From positions 27,840,001 through 27,904,000 of the forward strand of contig NC_087245.1 in assembly GCF_037042905.1 (NCBI RefSeq): a stretch of 64,000 bases of DNA, in the 5' to 3' direction. The DNA is from Lytechinus pictus. Taxonomy: Eukaryota. The notes beneath the pieces were generated by a model. That model saw only the letters and a list, made by a program, of their open reading frames with translations, was not told the DNA's origin and did no database searches. Position numbers and translations under genes: made by a program. This document shows, piece by piece, positions 12,671 through 24,800 of the stretch (the first letter of the stretch is position 1; the number at the start of each line of letters is the position of its first letter).

Positions 12671-13224
12671 CCCCCACACACACAAAAAGCGCAGTGTAAA
12701 TGCTTATCATAACGCCCAGAAAGCCCTGTAGGTGTGGTAATGCATCCAATGACAATTTGAAATATTCATGAATTTTGTTTGTTAAATTATGCAATTTTTC
12801 ATCACTCACCAAAATCAAGATAAAGGCAGTGTAAATGCCTAACATGACGCCCAGAAAGCCCCTGTAGCTGGGCTCTAGGAACGATTTTTTTAACCGGGGG
12901 TGCTGATGTAAATTCGAAAAGCAAAAAGAAAAAGGTTTCAATAAAGAAAAATGAAGGTCATTGGGTTAGGGTTATGGTTAGGGGGAGGGGGTTACTACAA
13001 AAGGTACGTCATTTTGTTTACATTTTTCATTTTTTCCACACCTACCAGAATTCCAGGCGGTGCTGCCTATGGGGAATGATACACGCAGCGCCCCCTAGGA
13101 AAATCTTGGGGTGCTTCAGTACCCCGCTTCCCAGGGCCATGTTCTGTAGGCGTGGTAATCAATCCATTGACAATTAATTTTGAAATATTCATGAATTTTG
13201 AAAGCTAAGTATTCCTTCACTCAC

Positions 13225-13420
13225 CAAACACAAAAGAAAAGGCAGTGTAAATGCCTATCATGAATCCCAGATCTGCCGTAGTCGTTTGTAATGATTTAGA
13301 CATGTCGTTTAGTAACACACCCATGATCTTGATTGTTCCAATCAAGAAAGACGACTCGAAGAAGAAGACTAGTACAACTGGGAGACAAGGGAAAATATTG
13401 TTCCACCATCCCATATCCAT
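13225..13420 (-). CDS. SLC16/monocarboxylate-transporter-like MFS protein, first coding exon
   Basis: ATG at 13420; MDMGWWNNIFPCLPVVLVFFFESSFLIGTIKIMGVLLNDMSKSLQTTTADLGFMIGIYTAFSFVF resembles MCT TM1-TM2; donor TTTG|GTGAGT at 13225/13224, phase 1. Confidence 0.8.
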
Positions 13421-14754
13421 CTTTATCTATTATATGTAATAAAGGCGTTTGAAATTTAACAAGCTTATATCAATCGTTGAAACAGCCGATCCAGTGTATT
13501 TTTATTAGATTTCAGTTGTTGTTCGTTTACCTCAGAAAAAATGGGCTTTCGCAGTACAGGTACATTCATTCAGTATGTGGCTTGTAATCAATGCCTCGTT
13601 CCATCGAGGAAGTTAATTAACAATATCACAACTGAATACCAAGAGGGCGAAAGCCCACCTATGCATATTTGCATGTTGATCTCACCCCTGACTAAAAAGT
13701 GTAGGACAAACATCGTGAGCTAGTGAGGGCGAAACGAGAATCAATCTGTAATAATTCGTTATCCTGTTTCCAAAACAGAAAATAAAGATAGAAAAATGAA
13801 AATTGAGATGAATAACTTTTTCCGTTATTACAAATCGAAATAGATATTAATTAACGTTTTAATATGAAATGGAAATTGAAGAGAAAAGGAGCTAAAAGTA
13901 AGTAAACTAGCTGCTTTTTTTTTTTACTAAAACAAAGCAGGATCGTCTTTGCAAGGCTGGTTTTCTTACTTGCCCTCGAAACTTACAATAATACAAAAGC
14001 ATATGACACATCAATCGGAATCACCACAAGATTATCACATCAAATTAAAAAGAAATATTGAATAAGCCATTGTAAAAAGACAACAATATGTCAAGGACGA
14101 CCCGCACAATAATCATTTGAAAATGTCGAAATGTTTAGTGCGTGGTATTAAGTTTAATATCTAACAATGTGGAAACAGAATGCAATTTAAAGAAAACGAA
14201 ATAGGACAATGCACTCAATCTGGATGATTGCACCCCAGAGATGTCGCTCAAGGTACATGATAATTTAAATGGAAATGATAGTTGCTATATCGGTCAGGCC
14301 ATATCCCTCTCCATTCTCCAGGAAACAAAAATTCACCCATATTTTCTCCGATCGGCCACTCAAAGATGATTTTTGTTTGTTTCTTCGTAACAGTCACTTC
14401 TTTGCTTTATTCTTATAAAAACATAGTAATCTTACAAGCCATATTTAAATGATGCGAGTGCGAAGCGCGAGCAAACTTTTTTGAAATTTCATGTATCTTG
14501 TCCTGAAAATCGAACATTTTGGGCAATGTTTGTGATCCTGAACAAAAATCCATATATAACTGATCCAACAGGGACCTGTTGAGGACTGTTTGTAGTTAGC
14601 CATAAAGCGAGCGCGAAGCGCGAGCTGAAAGTTGTTATCATTCCAACCTAAAAATCGATATTTTGTAATCGTGGGCCGGATAGGCATATAACTAGACAAT
14701 GCGAGCGCGAAGCGTGAGCGGGGAAAAATAGATTTAGACCTAAAAACGGGGTTA

Positions 14755-16988
14755 CACTTCGTAATTCCGAAGATTCGTTATTCCGAAGGTTTGTAATTCC
14801 GTAACACGTAAATTGCATATACCTCGATGTTCGTTAATCCAAAAACAAAAAGGGGTTCGTTAATCCGATCATTTGTGGCGTTATTCTGAAGGTTCATCAG
14901 TCCGAAAACGAAATAAGGTTCGTTAGTCCGAAAACGAAATAAGGTTCGTTATTCCGAAAGTTCGATAATCCGCAAACGAAATAAAGTTCGTCGTTCCGGA
15001 GGTTCGTTAATCCGAAAAAAAATAAGATTCCTTGTTCCTAAGGTGCGTTAATCCGGAAACAAAATAAGGTTCTTTAATTCGAAGGTTCGTTAATCTGAAA
15101 AATGAAATATGGCGAAGCCGGGAAACCGGAAGGGTGCGTATGGGAGGGGAAACACCGTTGCTGTTATTGTATTGTGGATGGGGAGGCAAAAAGAAGGGCG
15201 GCGGAGCAAAGTAGAGTGAAGTAGAACAAAGCCTTTATGAAGTGTTTTATTATGTGGATTATGGTAAGATATATACTAAGGCTTTATTTTTCGCGAGAGA
15301 TTGTAACGAGCGAGCGTAAAACCCGGTTTTTGCCAGTTACTGTTTAAAGGGCATCCTTAGGAGGTGTTGCGAGCGTGAATACCAAGCTCAAAATTTTGGA
15401 CATTTCAAGTGGATATGAAAATACAAACTTCTGAGCAGTTTTTGCAATCATTAAAAAGATTTGCATCTAACTGAAGAATTAACACGAGCGCGAAGTGCGA
15501 GCTGAAATATACTGACCAATAAAGGAACCTGTTAAGGACTGCATATAGTGACTCATGAATAGGATACATCGAATAATGCGAGTGCGAAGCGCGAGCTAAA
15601 AAGATATTCCAGCCTGAAAACTGGACATTCACATTCTAAGCCTTTTTATAACCAAAAACGGTGAGTACCTTACTAAACAATAACTGATAACAATAACCAA
15701 AAATGGGAAAAAGCAAAACAAGGGAATTTCCCATTTTGGAAAAATAGTATTTCGTTCCTACGGGATTTTTTTTTTTTTTTTTTTTTTTTTTGGGGGGGGG
15801 GGGTGCTAGTGCCCCCTGCTTTCACCACCCCTGTAGGAAGGGGCTGATCCATCGTTACCAGGGATGTTTACGTACGCAGAATTCTCTCTAAGGGATGATC
15901 ATAGGCTTATGAGGCTACATGTAGCTCATGTTTTTTTTTTCTCTCATTGCTAGACATGCAATTATTTATTGTATTATTCATTTAATTTAACCGGTCTAAA
16001 CATAAATGAATATACATGATACAAAGGTACAAGGCCCAAACTGAAAAAGTTTACAATAATTACAACTTAAAAAAACAGACAATTGATAATCAAACAAATA
16101 AAATATAAATGCATTCAAAGAGAAAACTACTATTTACCTATTAACGAAAACCAGAATAAGAGCAGAATTATTATCATACAAGTTATCAAATCAAATATCG
16201 ATAGGGGCATGTTGATGCATTTTGAAATTGGTTTGTCAAAGTTTAAAAAGTCCACTAAAAGATCCATTCTTGATGAAATGTTTACCACTTATATATAAAC
16301 CTTTAAAAAATCGCTCTGCGGGGGGGGGGGTTGATTGTTTGGACCAGAATTGGGGTGATAAAGACACCTTTTTTGGCCGGGGCGGGGCAAAAAAAGTCAT
16401 CAAGGGGGGGGGGTCATTCATATTTTCCCCGATCGGCTGCTCAAAGCTGACCTTTTTTTTCTCTGAAGGGGTTGTCCGAGCAGTGACTTCTTAGCTTAAT
16501 TCTTGTAAATTTTATTGAAATTTCAGGATTTTTTTCCTAAAATTGAATATTCTGAGCAATGTTTGTGATAATGAACAAGACGCGTATGGAACTAACTCAT
16601 TACTTTGAGCGCGAAGTGCGAGCTGAATTTGTTTTATAAACTGGCATAAAGAGGGATATAGAAGTAGGCTCATACATACTAATGAAAATGCGAGCACGCA
16701 GCGCCAGCTGATAAGTTTTGACGATCAGACCTGAAAAGGAATATTTTGATAACTTCATGGAATACATGAATATAATAAGTACTTCAAACGAACCTTTTTT
16801 CATTTTCGGAATTACGAACCTCATTTCGTTTTCGGACTAACGAACCTTCGGAATTACGAACCTTATTTCGTTTTTGGACTAACGAACCTTTTTTCGTTTT
16901 CGGACTAACGAACCTTCGGAATTACGAAGCTTATTTCGTTTTCGGACTAACGAACCTTCGGAATAACGAAGCGTCAGAATTACGAATG
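14755..16988. mobile_element. TA-flanked foldback element with GGTTCGTTAATCCGAAAACGAAATAA subterminal arrays and nested inserts
   Basis: Array 14755-15110 is inverted relative to 16786-16988; ends TA|CACTTCGTAATTCC ... GAATTACGAATG|TA. Confidence 0.65.
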
Positions 16989-17514
16989 TATGCGCGGGTC
17001 ACTCTATTCATGTTCTGTAAATTATGAAAAGAATGGGTAATTGGGTATCCTAGATCAATAATGTGGGCGTGAAGCGCGAGCAGAAAATTTTAGTATGTTT
17101 TAAATAAAGAACAAGCTCTGTATCTCAATAACCATGTGTGCATGTGTTTAAGAGTTATACCTAGTATCTGGGCATTCTAAATAATTGTTTTATCATGAAA
17201 ATCAATAATGTGATCGCGAAGCGCGAGCTGAAAATATTTGATATTCCTACCTGAAAAGGGGTCAATTTAAGCTCTAAAAATCGTGAAGTGGATATTATGG
17301 ATCGCTCTTAATAAATGATGTGAGCGCGAATTGTGAAAGGGGCTCAAGAAGGCAAGGCCCATACGGACAAGCTCGTTAGCCATCACTTGCATCGAGAGAG
17401 GTATATATATATATTTTTTTTTTTTTGGGGGGGGGGCCTTTACCAAGGCCGTCCAGTTTGTACGTGGCAAGCTTTACTCCTTATAGCCGAAGGTACGTTA
17501 ATTTTATAACGATT

Positions 17515-20500
17515 TTATATATATATAATGTTTTATTGTCCAACTTAATGGAAATTCATTTTGTTTACATGCAAACATACAAATTACAAATATGAATAAT
17601 CAAGGAGACAAAATTAATACAAAATACTGGCATGCACGTAGTACATTCGTTCTTATACATAAGACGATTAAGAGTGTAACGAGATAATTATTGAAAATAA
17701 GATCAACAGGTAGGCATACAGTATTCGGTGTAATTATTACCATCATTCTAAAACTGTTCAATGAGTAAAAGTATCAGGTCATTTTATTTTATTTATTTAT
17801 TTATTACTTGAAGCATATTTCACATATAAAAAAAATCCACAACTCTACATTGACCATGATTTCGATACTATTATTATTATTGTAATCATTATAGTTGCTG
17901 TTATTATCATTATTATCATTACTATTATTACTATTACTACTACTATCATTACTCTTTACTTTTGTGGCAGTTATTGCATTTAAGAGGAGACATAGATGGC
18001 AATATTGAAGAGTAAGTGTAATTCTGCAATAAGGTGACTTGTTTTCTATTCAATGGTTCAGAAGACGAATTGAGAAAGGAATAACAGAATTTCCGTAACG
18101 GCTTGTTCTTGCCTTAACTGATTTCCACCTTCTTCCACTACGAAGTAGTTTGTATTTCTTATTTAATGGATGGGAGTGATCACCGACTATTGCTTGGGCT
18201 TTGTCAACTACCTTTTCTTGACATATCCTATCCAAATCTACAACGCACTTCGTAATCCTACTAGCCCGTTTCACGACTCTGTACAATTTATCTATATCCT
18301 TCTGTCTGGCACTGTGATACCAGACAACACAGTCATGGGTGATGATACTCTGAATAACTGAAGTATAAAACAAATACAATATTCTCTCGTTTACATGAAA
18401 TTGTTTCATCTTCCGAAGGAAAAACAATCTGTGGTTGCACTTGAGTGTGGTAGCTTTAGTCTGCTCGGACCAATCAAGTTTGTCATCAACAATAGTGCCT
18501 AGATACCTATAACTATGGACAATTTCAATTGGATGACCATCGATGTGGATAGGGAATTCTACAGGATCACAAGATTTCTTCTTCCTGAAGTCAAAGATGA
18601 TTTCTTTAGTTTTGTTAGAATTCAACACCAGATGGTTTTCAGTGCACCACCTACCAAAAGAGGATATGCTCTCCCTATATTCTAACTCACTCTCTTTTAT
18701 CAGGCCTACAATGACAGTATCATCGGCATATTTCAAAATACGAACCGACGGAATATTGGAAATACAGTCATTAGTATATAATATATAGAGAACAGGTGAG
18801 AGAACACACCCCTGAGGAGACCCTGTGTTCGTTGTAAGTACGTTGGAGAGTACATCATTAACCTTAACCCTCTGGGTTCTACCATGTAAGAAGTCATAGA
18901 TCCATAGAACCAGTGACGGTTTCACATCCAAGAAGCTTAATTTTTCTATTAACTTATATGGCTGGATGGTATTAAATGCGGAGGAAAAATCCACAAATGT
19001 AGCTCTTGCATAACAACTAACAGAATCTAAATGCTGGTAGAGTGAATGGGTTAACATGAGTACTGCATCTATGACAGACCTCTTAGACTGGTATCCAAAT
19101 TGGTTTAGATCAATTTTGTGACGGATTGACACAAGTACTTTTTCCAAAATAATTCTTTCAAAACATTTCATGACAACAGGACTTAATGCTACTGGTCTAA
19201 GATCATTATTCAACCTAGGACGATTATTTTTAGGCACTGGTGTAATGACTGATGCTTTCCAGCATTTTGGTACGATATGCTCAATTATTGACCTTTGAAA
19301 TAACATACAGTACGGAGCAGTGAGTTCAGATGCGCATGTCCGTAGGACACGCCCACTAACACCATCGGGCCCAGTCGCTTTTCTCGGGTTGATCAACTTT
19401 AAACGTCTCCGAACTTCGTGCTCTTCAATGACAATTGGGTTGTCATCCGACGCGCGCAACCGTTCAACTTGCTCATCAGCGATATGACGGAAGTTTTCAT
19501 TCTCGAAACGGGCGAAGAATCCGTTTAATTCGTCAGCTCTTTGTTGTGGATTAGGTTCATTTGCAAACATGTTTTCTCTCCGACTACTCGAATAATCTGT
19601 CATGTGCTCTAGACATTTCCATGCATCTCGGGGATTATTTGTATGGAAGTTTTCTTCGAGCTTTTCACCATACTCTTTTTTTGCTTCACTGATTTTCCGT
19701 TTCAGCCTATTTGTCAAGTCTTTAACAAGTTCACTGTTCCTCAGATGAAATGCCCTTTTCCTTTCTTTCAAAATCAATTTCATTTCTTTCGTGAACCAAG
19801 GCTTATTGTTCGGATAAATAGTAACCAATTTAGACTGAATGTGAAGATTCTCACAGAAGATGACATAACTGTTAATTGTATCTGTGAGTTCATGTATGTC
19901 GTCGCAGGCACCATAAAACAGTTCCCAATCCGTAATATCAAATCCCGTCTGCAGTAACTCAACTGACGTATTGTTCCAAATCCAAACTTGAACGTTCCTT
20001 TTTTCGCACTGATTGGACTTAATCCGTTGTTTGTATTTTGGTAATAAGTGAACGGTGTGATGATCGGACGCTCCCAGTCCCGGTCTCACAAGAGATTTGT
20101 ACGCATTTGGTATCGAACTGTAACATCTGTCTAAAACATTTCTTCCCCGTGTAGCAAAATCAACTAACTGATGATATTGGGGCATGGTATCCTCTAATTC
20201 ACAATGGTTGAAGTCTCCCAAAATAATAACCGGGGAATCAGGGGATCGCGTTTCAAGTTCACTCACTTTATCTTCGATGATCTGAATAGCTGTTACTTTA
20301 TTTGCATCAGGGGGGATATACACCAACACAACATGAACTTGTGGAAATTCTCGAGGTAGATAGAATGGTCGAAAAGAGAGAGACATAAGTTCAATATCAG
20401 TACAGCATGTAGACGATCTTACAGTATAGTTGTTGCACCACTGTTTGTTTACAAATACACATATCCCACCTCCTCTCTTTTTGTTTGTTAATTCAAAAGA

Positions 20501-21090
20501 ACGATCAAGCCTTTCTACACCAAAACCGGCTATATCAATATTGTTGGAATGAATGTCATTATTAAGCCACGTTTCTGTTATACAAATCAAGCTAGAGTTT
20601 CTATATTCGTGATCATATCTGACGTTAGCACGAAGTTCGTCCATCTTATTTACAATCGATCTCACATTACTGAGGGTGATCGTTGGTAAAGGTGGACGAT
20701 GGCCCCTCATCCGTACCCTTTGTCTGACGCCTCCCCGTTTACCCCTACGATGTGAAGACGTCTGATTGGGTTGATCTCTTGTCGGGACCCAGTCGGGTAT
20801 ATTCGCTGGTCGAACCCTGGATAGCGGCTTGGTGGCAAGGTGAAGCATAAACTGGTGATCGTATCGAATTGTAGGTGTATTCGGTTCATAATTACATCGA
20901 CTTACTCGAAACGACGAAAAATACAACACGATGACAAATAACCAAGTGGAAGATACATGTCCAAGAAACATGGTGAAACACTCCAAATGTAAACAGCTAC
21001 TAACAGTGGCACAAAAAGTGAAATTTTAGATGAAAAATGACAGACAAATTTGCATGTAAACCGGTCGCTACTGAGCAGCGCCCTTAGAAG
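17515..21090 (-). mobile_element. Rex1/Babar-clade non-LTR retrotransposon, apparently full length
   Basis: Single APE-RT ORF; short 5' UTR; 3' UTR ending AATTTCCATTAAGTTGGACAATAAAAC-(AT)n. Ends are approximate and no clear TSD was found. Confidence 0.8.
18050..20971 (-). CDS. Intact APE endonuclease-reverse transcriptase (Rex1/Babar type), 973 aa from the first ATG
   Basis: RRGKRGG..PPLPTITLSNVRS, ITETWL, GDFN, SDH (APE); KATGPDG, DFSSAFNTI, GSPQGCVLSP, YADD (RT); HPL..LLRSGRR..RTSRYGNSVIPFSIRLLN C-terminus; ACCATG context at 20971; no stops. Confidence 0.92.
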   Translation of the reverse strand: MFLGHVSSTWLFVIVLYFSSFRVSRCNYEPNTPTIRYDHQFMLHLATKPLSRVRPANIPDWVPTRDQPNQTSSHRRGKRGGVRQRVRMRGHRPPLPTITLSNVRSIVNKMDELRANVRYDHEYRNSSLICITETWLNNDIHSNNIDIAGFGVERLDRSFELTNKKRGGGICVFVNKQWCNNYTVRSSTCCTDIELMSLSFRPFYLPREFPQVHVVLVYIPPDANKVTAIQIIEDKVSELETRSPDSPVIILGDFNHCELEDTMPQYHQLVDFATRGRNVLDRCYSSIPNAYKSLVRPGLGASDHHTVHLLPKYKQRIKSNQCEKRNVQVWIWNNTSVELLQTGFDITDWELFYGACDDIHELTDTINSYVIFCENLHIQSKLVTIYPNNKPWFTKEMKLILKERKRAFHLRNSELVKDLTNRLKRKISEAKKEYGEKLEENFHTNNPRDAWKCLEHMTDYSSSRRENMFANEPNPQQRADELNGFFARFENENFRHIADEQVERLRASDDNPIVIEEHEVRRRLKLINPRKATGPDGVSGRVLRTCASELTAPYCMLFQRSIIEHIVPKCWKASVITPVPKNNRPRLNNDLRPVALSPVVMKCFERIILEKVLVSIRHKIDLNQFGYQSKRSVIDAVLMLTHSLYQHLDSVSCYARATFVDFSSAFNTIQPYKLIEKLSFLDVKPSLVLWIYDFLHGRTQRVKVNDVLSNVLTTNTGSPQGCVLSPVLYILYTNDCISNIPSVRILKYADDTVIVGLIKESELEYRESISSFGRWCTENHLVLNSNKTKEIIFDFRKKKSCDPVEFPIHIDGHPIEIVHSYRYLGTIVDDKLDWSEQTKATTLKCNHRLFFLRKMKQFHVNERILYLFYTSVIQSIITHDCVVWYHSARQKDIDKLYRVVKRASRITKCVVDLDRICQEKVVDKAQAIVGDHSHPLNKKYKLLRSGRRWKSVKARTSRYGNSVIPFSIRLLNH

Positions 21091-21894
21091 ATGATTACTA
21101 TATTTATAATACGTGTGTTTAATTCTTCATGACAGTCATCTATTCAAAAGAGTGACCGAATGTCGCATTAGGTGCTTTTACAATTTTTGGGCGTGGCACT
21201 CAGCCGATGGCTGTATACCTCATATTTAATTATCATATCATTGGAATTGTAAATCATACTATATTTTATATCTTGCAATATTAAACTTCGATACAATTAT
21301 TTTAAGTTATCTTTTTGACAAAAAAAAAAAACATTCGAGATTGAACGATTGATTACCGCATTCCATACTGCACTCATTTGTTAGTTTGTTTGATGAAGTT
21401 GTTTTTCAACTCGTAGTCTCTAATTTCAGACACGATTATTTAGACTGTTGATAATTACAATTTAGGAAATATAATAACTTGTGTCTGTAATTAAATAAAT
21501 CGTACGTATTTTTTATTTAGCCACTACGAACGTCAAAATTTCCGGTCTTCAGTGATTGACTCTATAATGCACCTCTCTGTCATATGCATATCCGCCCCAT
21601 GACTAGGATGAAGTTTATTTTTTTTATACTATAAATAGTTCTTGTATAGCGCATATCACATTAAGATCACGCAAACTATTCACTACTGAATGATACGCGC
21701 CTTATAAGCTAAAACAAAAACAACAACAACGATATCTCTATGCATTTAGGAGTCGGATTAGGAATTATGATACATCTTTTTATGCAATAGATAGTAGCGA
21801 TACTCAATATTAATGTTTTTTTAATAAGTATATGTGATAGAGATTGGTATTATAATGCCAATTATTCTAATTCATTTAAAATACTTTATTACTG

Positions 21895-24800
21895 TACGCA
21901 TGCTGAGGAGTGGTAGTCATGGTAGATCAAAGCGATTTATCTACATGCCTTTTAAATGATTCTGTTGTTAGCAAGACGACTATACTTTCAGGGAGGCTAT
22001 TCCAATCATCTATCACTCTTCTACTAAAAGACTTGCTGCGAACGTCCAGTCTACAGTGCTCTTTCTGAAGCTTCAGGCAGTGTCCCCTTGTTGATCTACC
22101 TACTGATTTTGTGAAGAAGTGATCTTGGGGGAGATTGATAAGTCCATGCATTAACTGGTGCACAAAGATCATGTCTCCTCTTCTCCTGTACAGCAGGGAG
22201 TACAAGTCCAATTCTTTAAGTCTGTCTTTTTATGGGACGTTCTTCAGCTCTCTAACCAGCTTGGTTGCCATTCTTTGGACCCTTTCGATCCTCATTGCAT
22301 CTTCTTTGAATCTGCTATGCCAGAAGATACTCCCATATTCAAGGTAGGGTCTTATAATGGTTTTGAAGAGCAGAGGCAGAGTTGTCCTTGTGAGTTGAGT
22401 GAAGATTCTTTTCATTATGGCGAGAAGTTGGTATCCCTTGCTAACTGCTGATGACACATGCTGATGAAATTTCAGCTGACAGTCCACTATTACACCGAGA
22501 TCCTTTTCGGCTTCCACTACTTGCAAGTCTTTCTCATGCATGTGGTAGCTTTTTTCAAGGTTTCTCCTGCCGATGTGCAACACTTTGCATTTGTCATCAT
22601 TGAAGGGTAATTGCCATCTCTCAGACCACTCAATAAGGTTATTCAGGTCGTCTTGAAGACCACTCGTCTGTGAAGGTGTATTTCCGTTACTATGTAGTTT
22701 TGTGTCATCAGCAAATAGTGCTACTCTGCTATTTATTACGTCAGATGGGAGGTCATTTATGTAGATCAAGAAGAGGAACGGTCCGAAGACACCTCCTTGC
22801 GGAATTCCGCTTGTAACAGTTGACCAGTCGGATGATTCTCCATTAACGAAGACTCGTTGTACTCTTCCGATCAAAAATGCTCAAATCCAATTCAGGAGTT
22901 TACCTTCTATACCATGTGCCTTTAGCTTGAGTAAGATTCTTTGATGGGGAACGCCATCGAATGCCTTCCGAAAATCAAGGTATAGGACATCGATCGTTTT
23001 TCCTTCATCTAATAACCTTGACCATTCCTCAAGAACATAAAGAAGTTGAGTGGCACACGTCCTTCCTGTGGTGAATCCATGCTGACTCTCTGTAAGTAGG
23101 TCATTACTTAGCAAGTGTGGAACTATAACATTTCGAAGAATTTTCTCCATCAATTTTCCTGCAACGGACGTAAGGCTAACAGGCCTATAAGTTGAGGCTT
23201 GGGTTCTACTCCCTTTCTTATGGATTGGTACTACAGTTCCCTGCTTCCAGTCCGATGGGAGTTTACCTTCCAGCATAGACTTGTTACAGATTAATGTCAA
23301 TGGTTTAGCAATAGACTCGGCTAGCTCATTTAATACTTTAGGATGCAACCCATCAGGTCCCGGTGACTTGTTTGTATTTAAGTTCTTTAACTTTTTGCTG
23401 ACATCTATCTCTTGTACTTTTACTTCACTTAGCGTAGGTAGGTCACTTCGCAAAGGGACTTGTATATCCGGTATACTGTTTTTGTCCTCTCTAGTGAATA
23501 CTTCGGAGAAATAATCGTTAAGAACACTTGCTATTTCACTATCTGATTCAGTAAGTTGTCCATCGCCCTTCATGAGGCTTGTAATACGACCTTTACTCTT
23601 TAAGGGGCTTTCACAATTGCTCTTGCGATTGTTTGCGATAATTTGGTCACAATATATGTTGCACACAATCGCAACGGTTGTAAGCAGTCGCACCACCAAT
23701 TGTGAAAGGGGCTTCACCTTGCTGTTAGCATAACGCCAAAAAGCTTTGGGATTATGGCCAATGTTCTCAACTAGGTCAAGTTCAAAGCTGTTACTTGCTG
23801 CTATTGTTTCTTTCCTTAATTGGTTCCTCACTCGTTTATACTCTCTGTAGTCGATTTCTCTCTCTTATCTAGTCCTGTTCACATCTGAATAGCGTTTCCA
23901 GTAACGCGTCTTCTTCTTAGACAACTTAAGTATAGTTTTTGTTACATAAATGTTTCGTCTCTTATCGGTGTTACACTTGCGTACTGGTACATAATTTTCC
24001 CACCTTCTTTTATATTGTGAAGCAATGAGGTCCAAGCTTGTTCACAAGTTTTGCCAGTAAAATCCTTATCCCAGTCAATTTTTTCAAGAGTCTCATTCAT
24101 GGACTTGTAGTCTACTTTCTGGAGGTTTGGGTGACTTTCTCTTTCTGGCAATTTGTCTTTTCCCTGAAGTACGTCAAGCTTAGTCAATATACACACATGA
24201 TCACTAAGTCCAAGTGGAGGTAAATAATCAATTGTAGATATTAGGTCATCAGCTGTAAATGCAAGATCCAGAACGTTTGGATTTTGGCCTTGTCTATATC
24301 GTGTAGGCCCATATATATGCTGGTGTAGGAATGCTTCCTGGGTGGCAGTGAGAAACATGTACGATGTATTATTAGAGGTCGAATTCACATGTGATCTTTT
24401 CCAGTTGATGTCCGGAAAGTTGAAATCTCCCATTATCAAAAGATGCTTCTCTCTGTTTTCACTGGCCAACTCCATGAGTTCACAAAGTAACTTATTATTT
24501 TCTATTGAGCTAGAGGGGCTTCTATAAATACATCCGACCAAAGTCATCTCCCTTTCAGCTTAACAGAGCACCAAACACTTTCGGTAAATTCGGTGTTGAA
24601 TGAAACTTCGTGTGCTTTGCGTTTTGTGCAAATGTAGATTATAATACCCCTATGGCAGTTTTCCTTATCCATGTTTGAGAAGAGTTCATATCCTTCTAGT
24701 TTAAGTAATTCATTTGTCACTTTTAAGATGCCTGGTCTAGGAACTACTTCACATATCATTACTATATCTGGGTTATGCTTTCCTATAGAAATTTGTAGCT

